Source of the DNA: Phycisphaerae bacterium
GTDB taxonomy: Bacteria; Planctomycetota; Phycisphaerae; UBA1845; Fen-1342
NCBI GenBank assembly: GCA_044225155.1
Contig: JBGAJB010000001.1
Location: 1 to 60,238, forward strand
Reading direction: 5' to 3'
DNA: 60,238 bases
Part shown: piece after piece, positions 19,181-28,667 of the stretch
How positions within the stretch are numbered: position 1 is the first letter of the stretch
How the letters are laid out: each line of letters begins with the position of its first letter
Program-made: the position numbers and the translations under genes
Notes under the pieces: generated by a model
Database searches by the model: none
Told to the model about the DNA's origin: nothing
The model's input: the letters and a program-made list of their open reading frames with translations, nothing else

Positions 19181-20071
19181 GTGTCCGATCGCATCGGTTT
19201 CATCGGCTTGGGAATCATGGGGCGCCCGATGGCGAGGCATCTCCAGAAGGCCGGTCACGCGCTCCGCATCTTCAGCCGTACCCGCGCTCGAGGAGCGGAA
19301 TTGGAGGCGGCCGGGGCGAAATGGTGCGATTCGCCAGCCGACGTGGCGCGCGAGTGCGACGTGCTTCTCACCATCGTTACGGACACACCGGATGTCGAAG
19401 CCGTCCTCTTCGGCGCGCGCGGCGCGGCGTCGACGCTGCCGCGGGGCGCGACCGTCGTCGATCTCTCGACCATCAGTCCGACCGCGGCGAAATCCATGGC
19501 CGAGCGGCTCGCCAAGCAGGGTGTGGCCCTGATCGACGCGCCGGTGACCGGGGGCGAGACGGGCGCGAAGAACGCGACCCTGACGATCATGGCCGGCGGA
19601 GACGGCGCGGCGCTCGAGCGCGTGCGGCCGATCCTGGAGTGCTTGGGCAAGCGCGTTGTGCATGTCGGCCCGAGCGGCAGCGGCCAGATGCTGAAGGCGT
19701 GCAACCAAGTGCTCTGCGCGGTGAACATGATCGGCGTCTGCGAGGCGCTGACGCTGACGCGCCAGGCCGGATTGAACATGGAAGCCGCGATCGAAGTATT
19801 GGGCAGCGGCGCAGGCGGCTCGTGGGCGTGGACCCAGCTCGCGCCGAAGATCGCGGCCGGCGATTTGGCGCCGATGTTCATGATTCGGCTGGCGCAGAAG
19901 GATTTGCGAATCGCACAGGATGAGGCGAAACGCCTGAGCACGCCGCTGCCGGGCACGACACTCGCGCAGCAACTCTACCGCGCAGTCGAGGCGCTGCCCG
20001 GCGGAGCCGAGCTGGGCACGCAGGGCATGATCCGGGCGTTTGAAACACTGACGAGCGGAACCAAGCCCTGA
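19181..20071 (+). CDS. NAD(P)-dependent 3-hydroxyisobutyrate/2-hydroxy-3-oxopropionate reductase family oxidoreductase
   Basis: GTG 19181 lies 6 nt after GGAGG. The N-terminus is IGFIGLGIMGRPMARHL (Rossmann motif). The remaining HIBADH-family pattern (DAPVTGGETGA, GSGQMLKACNQ) is present. Confidence 0.85.
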   Translation: MSDRIGFIGLGIMGRPMARHLQKAGHALRIFSRTRARGAELEAAGAKWCDSPADVARECDVLLTIVTDTPDVEAVLFGARGAASTLPRGATVVDLSTISPTAAKSMAERLAKQGVALIDAPVTGGETGAKNATLTIMAGGDGAALERVRPILECLGKRVVHVGPSGSGQMLKACNQVLCAVNMIGVCEALTLTRQAGLNMEAAIEVLGSGAGGSWAWTQLAPKIAAGDLAPMFMIRLAQKDLRIAQDEAKRLSTPLPGTTLAQQLYRAVEALPGGAELGTQGMIRAFETLTSGTKP

Positions 20072-20091
20072 CTCGTTTCGAAGGAGGATGC

Positions 20092-20562
20092 GTGGACGTA
20101 TTCGAGCGAATTGTGCAGCTACTCGAAACCGAGCGCGTGGAGTTTCGCCATGTGCGGCACGAACCGACGCGCACGAGCGAGGAGTCCGCGCGGGCGCGCG
20201 GCGAAGAGTTGCGCACCGGCGGCAAGGCGCTCGTCATCCGTGTCGGCGAGGAACTCCGGCTGTTTGTGCTCAGCGCCGCATGCCAGCTTGATACGGCCGC
20301 AATCAAGGCGCATTTCGGCGTGAAGAAGACGCGTTTCGCGACGCCGGAGGAATTGCTGACGCTGACCGGCCTGGTTCCCGGCAGCGTTCCGCCGTTCGGC
20401 ATGCCGATCCTGCCGCTGCCGCTCCACGTCGACGATTCGATTTATGCCAATCCAAAAATCGCGTTCAACGCCGGGCGCTTGACCGACTCGATCATCCTGG
20501 CGACCGAGGATTATTTGCGCGTCGCCAATCCTGCGCGGCTCACGTTCGGCCGGGCCGAGTAG
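20092..20562 (+). CDS. YbaK/EbsC-type aminoacyl-tRNA editing (deacylase) domain protein
   Basis: AAGGAGG lies upstream of GTG 20092. The size is about 156 aa, and the TGGKALV... and GSVPPFG segments are typical of YbaK-like domains. Confidence 0.75.
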   Translation: MDVFERIVQLLETERVEFRHVRHEPTRTSEESARARGEELRTGGKALVIRVGEELRLFVLSAACQLDTAAIKAHFGVKKTRFATPEELLTLTGLVPGSVPPFGMPILPLPLHVDDSIYANPKIAFNAGRLTDSIILATEDYLRVANPARLTFGRAE

Positions 20563-20687
20563 ACCGGCAATTTACGGCTCATTTCACGACGTTGACACAT
20601 CTCGCTCTGCAGGCGGCCGATGAGTTCCGTTATGGGCGCGGGCTGTCGTAAACGGCCGGCGCTCGCTCACTCATGCAAGGAGAAGCA

Positions 20688-21095
20688 ATGTCCAGCATCA
20701 ACAGCGTCGGCGGATTCGATTCCGCGCAGGTCTTGCGCCAGGTGTTGCAGGGGCGCAACCATGAGGGCGGCGCAGTGGGCGGCCGTCAGCACGCCGGCGA
20801 TCGCCGCGCGGCGTTTGAGAGCGCGCTGAAGTCGCTCGGCATCGGCGACGACGACATCAAGAACATTCAGAAGGAAATCGCGGACAAGCTGAAGGAAGCC
20901 CGTCAGGATTCCGGTGGCTTCAGTTCGCCGCAGGACAAGCACCAGCAGGTGCAGGGCATCATCGACGGCGTGCTGCAGTCGCACGGCATCGACGTCGACG
21001 CTTTCCGCCAGGCTCTCGGCCACGGCGCGCCCGAGCCCACGGACATCCAGCAGACCCACGCGGATCCGTCCAACGGCCTGAACCTCACGGCCTAG
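20688..21095 (+). CDS. Hypothetical acidic/Gln-rich protein, probably disordered
   Basis: AAGGAG lies about 8 nt upstream of ATG 20688. I recognise no family. Confidence 0.5.
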   Translation: MSSINSVGGFDSAQVLRQVLQGRNHEGGAVGGRQHAGDRRAAFESALKSLGIGDDDIKNIQKEIADKLKEARQDSGGFSSPQDKHQQVQGIIDGVLQSHGIDVDAFRQALGHGAPEPTDIQQTHADPSNGLNLTA

Positions 21096-21109
21096 TCACA
21101 CCTGTCAAC

Positions 21110-21135
21110 AATAGGATCGGCCCCGACCGGTCGCT
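21110..21135. terminator. Stem-loop between convergent genes (possible bidirectional terminator)
   Basis: GCCCCGACCG-GTCGCT-CGGTCGGGGC forms a perfect 10-bp GC-rich stem. It lies between the 20688-21095 (+) gene and gltA (-). Confidence 0.5.
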
Positions 21136-21178
21136 CGGTCGGGGCGAGTGATCCGCAGTTCTGAGTGGTTCCAATCGC

Positions 21179-22465
<1,287 letters not shown>

Positions 22466-22862
22466 GACATCCCGCCCGTTTCCTTATGAGACGCCGACTA
22501 CGCGCGCTGCCCGCGCAATCGGGCGCTTCGTTTGATATCGACCGTTTCGCCCCGGCTCTTGCCCCTGTCCCCGTCGCCGGACGAGGAATCGCTCACTCTA
22601 CGGAGCCCTCATTCGGCTCGCAACAAAAAAGGGGCGTCGGCCGCCCGCACCGCGCTGTGGAAATACGCGCAACCATATCGCGCCACGGAGCAAGATCAGG
22701 ATGTCGGCGTCAAGTGCGACGGGGCGGTGTGGCACGGCGGTCTCTCAAACCCCTTGTCGGAGAAACCAATACCTGTCAACGCTCGATTATCCCCTCGTTC
22801 CCATGCGCCATCACCGACCGCAACTGCGTGCTCAATCCGCTACGCCTATACTAGCCCGCGAT

Positions 22863-23717
22863 ATGCGTTCCATTGCCGTGATCAACCAGAAAGGCGGCGT
22901 CGGCAAGACGACGACCTCCGTCAATCTCGCCGCCGCCCTGGCGCGCGAGAAGCGAAACGTCTTGCTGGTTGATCTTGACCCTCAGGCGCACGCCTCGCTG
23001 CATCTGGGCGTCGAACTCGCGCCCGGCGAAACGAGCGTATATGACGTGTTCACGCGCGATGCGGCCGTGGCGGAAGTGGCGCGCACGGGCAACGAGCGCC
23101 TGACGATCCTGCCCGCGCACGTCGATCTGGTCGCGACGGAAATGGAACTCGCGGGCGTCGAGCAGCGAGAGGACATCCTGCGGCGAAAGCTGAGCGCCTA
23201 CACCGAGCATTTTGACATCGTGATCTTTGATTGTGCGCCGTCGCTGGGCGTGCTGACGGTGAATGCACTCTCGGCGGCCGACGAAGTTCTGATCCCGCTG
23301 CAGCCGCACTTTCTCGCGCTGCAAGGTCTCGGGAAATTGCTGGAAACGGTGACATTCGCCCGTGAGCGATTGAACCCCGCGCTGCGCGTCTGCGGCGTGG
23401 TGCTCTGCATGTTTGAGCCCGCCACGCGCCTGGCGCAAGAGGTCGCGGGGGATGTGCAGCGCTTTCTGGAATCGGCCAGTCCGGAAATGCCCTGGCACGG
23501 GGCGCGGCTTTTCGAGACGCGCATCCGCCGCAACATCAAGCTGGCCGAAAGCCCGAGCTTCGGCCGCTCGATTTTCGACTATGCGCCGGGGTCGCACGGC
23601 GCGGAGGACTATGCCGCGCTGGCCCGCGAGATTTTCGCGTCGCAGCGCGTCGTCCGAGCGGCCTCGGCACCGGTAAAGGAAGAGCCGGTCGCGAAGCCGG
23701 TGGTTCAAACCGGATAG
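22863..23717 (+). CDS. ParA/Soj-family ATPase
   Basis: ATG 22863 gives MRSIAVINQKGGVGKTTTSVNLAAALA, a deviant Walker A. No parB is adjacent. Confidence 0.88.
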   Translation: MRSIAVINQKGGVGKTTTSVNLAAALAREKRNVLLVDLDPQAHASLHLGVELAPGETSVYDVFTRDAAVAEVARTGNERLTILPAHVDLVATEMELAGVEQREDILRRKLSAYTEHFDIVIFDCAPSLGVLTVNALSAADEVLIPLQPHFLALQGLGKLLETVTFARERLNPALRVCGVVLCMFEPATRLAQEVAGDVQRFLESASPEMPWHGARLFETRIRRNIKLAESPSFGRSIFDYAPGSHGAEDYAALAREIFASQRVVRAASAPVKEEPVAKPVVQTG

Positions 23718-23830
23718 GCGGCCGCTCCTCAGTATGTCGGCCATTCCCTAACAACCACACGAAAACTGTGAGGCCGAGTAGAGCGGGAGGGCGCGGCTCT
23801 GGCCACGGACTTCGATCGCTTGAGTTTTGC

Positions 23831-24883
23831 TTAGGGAAGCAAACGAATCTCGCCCGGGCTGCCGGTGTCGGTGCACTCGCCAACGCGCGCCGCGGCAACC
23901 CCAACCCGTCGCAGACATTCCAGGAGCGCATCCGCCTTTCCGGATTCAAGCGCCAGCAGTAACCCACCCGATGTTTGCGCATCCAGCAGAACACCGGCGA
24001 GCGCCGGCTCGACGCCCGCGTCGACTACCAACCGGTCTCCGACATGCTCGCGCGTCGAGCGATGAGCACGCGTCAGAACGCCCAATCGCGCCATCTCGAT
24101 CGTTTGCGCCATCAAGGGCACGCGCGACGCGTGCAGCGTGATCGTGACGCCGGAACCTGCTGCCATCTCGAACGCATGACCGATCAATCCAAAGCCCGTG
24201 ATGTCAGTGCAGGCGTGAATCTCGAACTCGACGGCCACGTCGCGCGCCGCGCGATTCAGCGTTGTCATCACATCGACAGCCTCGCGCAGCGCCTCCGGCG
24301 GCAACTTGCCCTGCTTCACGGCCGTCGTGAGTACGCCGCTGCCGATCGGCTTCGTCAGGATCAGCGCGTCGCCGGGGCGCGCGCCGGCATTCGTCCAAAC
24401 GCGATCCGGATGGACCAAACCGGTGACGGCCATGCCGTACTTCACTTCGGCGTCGCGCACGCTGTGGCCGCCGACGATCGCGCAGCCGGCCAGCCGGGCC
24501 GTATCGGCGCCGCCGCGCAGGATTTCCGCGAGTACGTCCGATTCCAGCTCTTTGTCAGGGAAGCCGACGATATTCAGCGCGGTCAACGGCGCGCCGCCCA
24601 TCGCGTAAACGTCCGAGAGTGCGTTCGTGGCCGCAATGCGCCCAAAGTCGTACGGATCGTCCACGAGCGGCGGGAAGAAATCGACGGTCTGCACCAGCGC
24701 GGTTTCCGCGTTGAGACGATAGACCCCCGCGTCGTCGTACGTGCTCGTACCGACGATCAGATTGGGGTCCGCGTTAGGTGCGAGCTGACGCAGCACCTGC
24801 GTCAGGCCGGATTGCGGCAGCTTGCCGGCTCAACCCGCACAGTTCGCGTAGTCCGTCAGTCGTTTCTTACGACCTTCGTTCAC
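23831..24883 (-). CDS. selD: Selenide, water dikinase (selenophosphate synthetase), selenocysteine-containing (TGA 24830-24832 read as Sec)
   Basis: The track ORF (23831-24796) lacks the SelD N-terminus. Reading through the in-frame TGA restores VNEGRKKRLTDYANCAG-U-AGKLPQSGLTQVLRQL. The TGA sits at the position of the catalytic Cys/Sec (E. coli GAGCGCK). GTG 24883 is preceded by GGAGGA. Confidence 0.85.
24785..24829 (-). promoter_or_regulatory. Candidate bacterial SECIS element downstream of the selD UGA
   Basis: On the minus strand, just 3' of the UGA, the sequence reads GCCGG-N14-CCGGC and then CUGACGCAG-GUG-CUGCGUCAG. The second element is a perfect 9-bp stem with a G/U-containing apical loop about 33 nt from the UGA. 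Confidence 0.5.
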
Positions 24884-24941
24884 GCTTCCTCCACGATCAA
24901 AGCACGTCACGGCAAACAAGCTACGATTAGAATCGCGGCCG

Positions 24942-25874
24942 ATGGCCGGTCAGACGCTTACGGAAATCCGCGCGGCGCTCGATTCGGCCGGCCTCAGCCC
25001 GCAGCACCGTTTCGGCCAGAATTTCCTGATCGATTTGAATCTTATGCGAAAGGTCGCGGCCACGGCCGAGCTGCGGCCGACCGATCTCGTGCTGGAAGTC
25101 GGCCCCGGAACGGGCTCACTGACCGAACTGTTGCTGGAGAGCGGCGCGCAGGTTGTCGCCGTGGAAATCGATCGCGGCCTCGCCGCGTTATTGCGCGCGC
25201 GCTTTTCCTCCGAGCCGCGTCTTACGCTGATTCACGCCGACGCCTTGGCCGGAAAGCACTCACTGGCGCCCGATCTTCTCGCGGCGCTGAACAGCTCCGC
25301 CGTCGCGCGAACTTCAGACGCGCCGAGTCCGGAAGGACGAGGCTCCGGCCAATCCGGCCCACCGCCCGCATCGCACCGCAAACTGGTCGCCAACTTGCCT
25401 TATCAGATCGCGACTCCACTCATCATTGAATTGCTGCTGCTAAACCCGCCCTTCGAGCGACTGGTCTGCACGATTCAGAAAGAGGTCGGCCAACGGCTCG
25501 CCGCCGCGGAAGACACTGAGGAATACGGCCCGGTTTCGATCATCGCTCAGACGCTGGCGCGCGTCGAAGTTGTCGCACATCTGCCGCCCGAGGCGTTCTG
25601 GCCGCGCCCGAAGATCGATTCCGTTTTGTTGAAGATCACTCCACTCGCGCATCCGGAAATCGCCGCCGGCGACGCGCGTGATTTCGCGTTGCTGGTTCAG
25701 CGCGCATTTCAACAGCGACGCAAAACGCTGCGCCGCACGTTTCGCGATTGGGGGATCAGCGACCCTGCGTCACTGCTTGAGCCGCTCGGGCTGCGTCCGG
25801 AGTCGCGCCCGGAGCAGCTTTCGCCGCGGGACTGGCAGCGTCTGCATGCGGCTGGGCTGCGGGCTCCTGCATGA
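24942..25874 (+). CDS. rsmA: 16S rRNA (adenine1518/1519-N6)-dimethyltransferase
   Basis: RFGQNFLID, VLEVGPGTGSLT and ANLPYQI are KsgA/RsmA motifs. A low-complexity insertion of about 30 aa precedes ANLPY. Confidence 0.9.
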   Translation: MAGQTLTEIRAALDSAGLSPQHRFGQNFLIDLNLMRKVAATAELRPTDLVLEVGPGTGSLTELLLESGAQVVAVEIDRGLAALLRARFSSEPRLTLIHADALAGKHSLAPDLLAALNSSAVARTSDAPSPEGRGSGQSGPPPASHRKLVANLPYQIATPLIIELLLLNPPFERLVCTIQKEVGQRLAAAEDTEEYGPVSIIAQTLARVEVVAHLPPEAFWPRPKIDSVLLKITPLAHPEIAAGDARDFALLVQRAFQQRRKTLRRTFRDWGISDPASLLEPLGLRPESRPEQLSPRDWQRLHAAGLRAPA

Positions 25875-26595
25875 TGTGCGGCGCGAGGAACGTTTTCACA
25901 AATTCCGGACTCGCGCCGTCGGTGTGGCCGCCGTTGTAGCCGTAACGCTGAAACTCCGGCCGCCAGCCGATGTTCACGATCCGCTCGCGCCCGTGCGGCG
26001 ATTGCAGTCCGACGCTGCCGGCCCCGTCCTCGCCGAAGACGCCGTCGATCGAGCCGGCCACCTTCATCGGGACGGCCAACACAGCGTCATTGGCCGAGTA
26101 GTAGCAGTAAATCTTGCCTCGAATGTGCTGCAGGGCTTTCGAAACGTCGTAGCGATACCAAAGGCTCGATCCGAGCAACACAACATTCTCGACCATCACG
26201 CCGGGCTTCAGGTCTTCGATGGCCCAAATCCCGACGCCCGTGCCGGCCGAGAGCCCGACGACATTGATTGGCTTGCCGGGATACTTCTCGGCGTAATCCT
26301 CGATAATTCGAGAAAGCTGTTTGGCGCGCAACTGAGCGTTCAGACGAATCGTCTGATCGATCAGGGGGTTCAGGGAAATCGTCCACAGAAACGTCGCGAT
26401 TTCGCCCTTGTAGCCCGCCGCCTGCAGACCGGAGCGAATACCGCCGTCCGTGAAATCGATGTTGCCCGCGCCCGGGACGTAGTAGGTGATGCCGAGCTTG
26501 GCCTTTTCGCTGTACGACATGGATGAACAGCCGGCGCAGCACGCCGTCAGTGCCGCCGCGGCCACGCACCACCACCCAATTCGCTGATATCGCAT
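25756..26595 (-). CDS. Lipoprotein, alpha/beta-hydrolase-like (GxSxG: GLSAG)
   Basis: The signal peptide has a lipobox (LTACCAGC). A nucleophile-elbow-like VVGLSAGTG is present. The Ala/Pro-rich C-terminal tail overlaps the rsmA 3' end by 119 nt. A paralogue lies at 38513-39242. Confidence 0.7.
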   Translation of the reverse strand: MRYQRIGWWCVAAAALTACCAGCSSMSYSEKAKLGITYYVPGAGNIDFTDGGIRSGLQAAGYKGEIATFLWTISLNPLIDQTIRLNAQLRAKQLSRIIEDYAEKYPGKPINVVGLSAGTGVGIWAIEDLKPGVMVENVVLLGSSLWYRYDVSKALQHIRGKIYCYYSANDAVLAVPMKVAGSIDGVFGEDGAGSVGLQSPHGRERIVNIGWRPEFQRYGYNGGHTDGASPEFVKTFLAPHIMQEPAAQPHADAASPAAKAAPGATPDAARAAQAVTQGR

Positions 26596-26798
26596 GGTTG
26601 CGCCAATCCTCGCCGAAAAACCCGCCTGATCCTAACCGAGGCGGGCGATTTTGTCGGAGGCCCGAAATGCACCGCCCGGGCCCGGCCCGCCGCACGGAAC
26701 CACGGCGCGGCCGCCGCGAAAGTGATTACAATCCCCCGTTCGAAAGGGCGCGGTCGCGGAAACCGCCCAGGGGGGCTCGTCGCCCGGCAGGAGAGTGG

Positions 26799-28667
26799 AT
26801 GGAACTACCCAGACGGCAGCGCGGTGATGAACTATTGCGACCGGGGGCCCTGCGCGACCTGCGCGCCCGGCTTCGCCTACTCGCGGCCCGAAACGACCTG
26901 ACGAGCGTCGTCGTGTGCGCATTTGATCATCGCACCCGCATGCTCCCGTTCATCTACGCGGATCGGCGCATGGTGCCGGCCGGCGTGCGCGCCATCGGTT
27001 CGGCCCTGGTCGACTCCGGCTTTCCCAAGACGCGCATCGTCCTGCAGCAGTGGAATCGGAATTTTCGCCCCTCGCAGATGCGCCTCGACGGGCGCATCCC
27101 CGACCTTTTTCTCGTTTCCAGCATGCAGATGCACTCGGCGCCCGCCGATGAACTGTTGCGCGACGCCTGCCGCATCGACCCGGCCCAGCGGCCGTTGATC
27201 ATCGGTGGCGGGCCGCGCGCGATCTACGAACCCTGGAATTTCTTCAGCAGCGATCCGCAGGATCCGTGGGGCGCGGACGTCGTCGTCACCGGCGAGGAGT
27301 ACGTGCTGCTCAGCCTGCTCGAGATGCTGCTTTCGATCCGATCCGCCGGCGAGTCGATGCGCACGACGTTCATGCGGGCCCGCAACGGCGGCTTACTGGA
27401 TGCGATTCCGGGACTCGTCTATCCGCGCACGGACGAACGGGGTGCGGCCCGCGAACTGGTCGACACCGGCATTCAGCGTTTGCTGGGTGATCTGGATGAA
27501 CTGCCGCACCCGGTCATCGGCTATCGACTCATTGAGCCGCCCAGCAGCGGCGCGACATTGGCGTTCCGCGCGTTGGAGGCGGGCAGGATTCGGAGACTCA
27601 GTCCGATTTCGTCGCTGGTGCTGACATTCTGCTGCAAATTTGCCGGCCCGTATTGCCCGATCCCGGCCTACAACCAGCGGCAGCATCGCGTGAAGAGCGG
27701 CGAGCGCATCGCCGACGAGATGGTTCGTCTGAACGAAGAGTTCGGCCTGGGCCACTTCTTCGGCGCGGACGACAATTTCTTCAATCACAAAGAGCGCACC
27801 CTTCCGATTCTGGAGACTCTCGCACGCACGAAGGTGCGCGGCCTGTCGTTCCGCCGCGCGATCCGCTGGGGCACGGAAGTGACCGTACATGACACGCTAC
27901 AGATGCAGGATCACCTCAAGCTCGCGAATCAGGCCGGCATTCGCTGGCTGTGGCTGGGCGTCGAGGACCTGACGGCGACGCTGGTGAAAAAGGGGCAGAG
28001 CGTGGATCGCACAACGGAAGCGTTCCGCCTGCTGCGCAGCGTGAGCATCTGCCCGATGCCGATGATGATGCACCACGACAGCCAGCCGCTCTACACACCG
28101 GGGAAGCCGTACGGCCTGTTGAACCAGGTGCGCGTTCTGGCGAAGGCCGGCGCGACGAGCCTGCAGGTTCTGATGATGACGCCTTCGACCGGCTCCAAGC
28201 TGTACGTCGAGTCGTTTACGTCGGGTCTGGCTTACGAAAGCGTGGCGGGGAAGCGCGTCGAGCCCTACATGCTGGACGGAAACTATGTCGTGGCGTCAAA
28301 GCATGCGCAGCCGTGGCGAAAGCAGCTCAACATTCTGACGGCGTACGTCTCGTTCTATAACCCGATCCGCATGCTGGCCGTCTGGCTGAAACCTGGCTCG
28401 ACGCGCCGCTACGCCGACGTTTTCTGGCAACTGCTGGGCATGCACGGCGTGCTGCAGAACATTCGCCGGACGATCGGCTGGGCGGTGCGGTTGCGATTCG
28501 GGCGCATCGAGCGCCGCATGACGCCGCCGCGCAGTCGCCTGCCAATGCGCGGCATCGAGGATTTCGACGCGTCCCACGCGCTGCCCGGCACACCGCCTGC
28601 GACGCCGACGACGGCGCCGGGCGCCGCCGAGTCCGTCGGCGTGAGGCTCCCAATCGTCGCTTCCTGA
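26799..28667 (+). CDS. Radical SAM-like protein with N-terminal cobalamin-binding-type domain (class B-like), atypical cluster motif
   Basis: ATG 26799 follows GGAGAG. The N-terminal Rossmann-like region (VVVCAFDH..., LFLVSSMQMHS, LIIGGGPRA) is followed by a core with GADDNFF and WLGVEDL segments. The cluster site reads CCKFAGPYC (27630-27656) instead of CxxxCxxC. Confidence 0.6.
   Translation: MELPRRQRGDELLRPGALRDLRARLRLLAARNDLTSVVVCAFDHRTRMLPFIYADRRMVPAGVRAIGSALVDSGFPKTRIVLQQWNRNFRPSQMRLDGRIPDLFLVSSMQMHSAPADELLRDACRIDPAQRPLIIGGGPRAIYEPWNFFSSDPQDPWGADVVVTGEEYVLLSLLEMLLSIRSAGESMRTTFMRARNGGLLDAIPGLVYPRTDERGAARELVDTGIQRLLGDLDELPHPVIGYRLIEPPSSGATLAFRALEAGRIRRLSPISSLVLTFCCKFAGPYCPIPAYNQRQHRVKSGERIADEMVRLNEEFGLGHFFGADDNFFNHKERTLPILETLARTKVRGLSFRRAIRWGTEVTVHDTLQMQDHLKLANQAGIRWLWLGVEDLTATLVKKGQSVDRTTEAFRLLRSVSICPMPMMMHHDSQPLYTPGKPYGLLNQVRVLAKAGATSLQVLMMTPSTGSKLYVESFTSGLAYESVAGKRVEPYMLDGNYVVASKHAQPWRKQLNILTAYVSFYNPIRMLAVWLKPGSTRRYADVFWQLLGMHGVLQNIRRTIGWAVRLRFGRIERRMTPPRSRLPMRGIEDFDASHALPGTPPATPTTAPGAAESVGVRLPIVAS

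Noticed and set aside
20591-20596. TTGACA hexamer upstream of the 20688 hypothetical gene as a sigma-70 -35 box
   Set aside because: No acceptable -10 hexamer lies at 16-18 nt spacing, and promoter consensus in this phylum is uncertain.
24830-24832. Possibility that the selD TGA marks a pseudogene or that the gene simply starts at 24796
   Set aside because: The upstream in-frame sequence reproduces the conserved SelD N-terminal loop, with the TGA exactly at the Cys/Sec position. An RBS plus GTG lies upstream and a hairpin follows. Sec recoding is the simpler explanation.
23975-25429. 484-aa plus-strand ORF spanning selD (antisense) and rsmA (out of frame)
   Set aside because: It crosses two well-supported genes, has Arg-rich low-complexity sequence and lacks an RBS.
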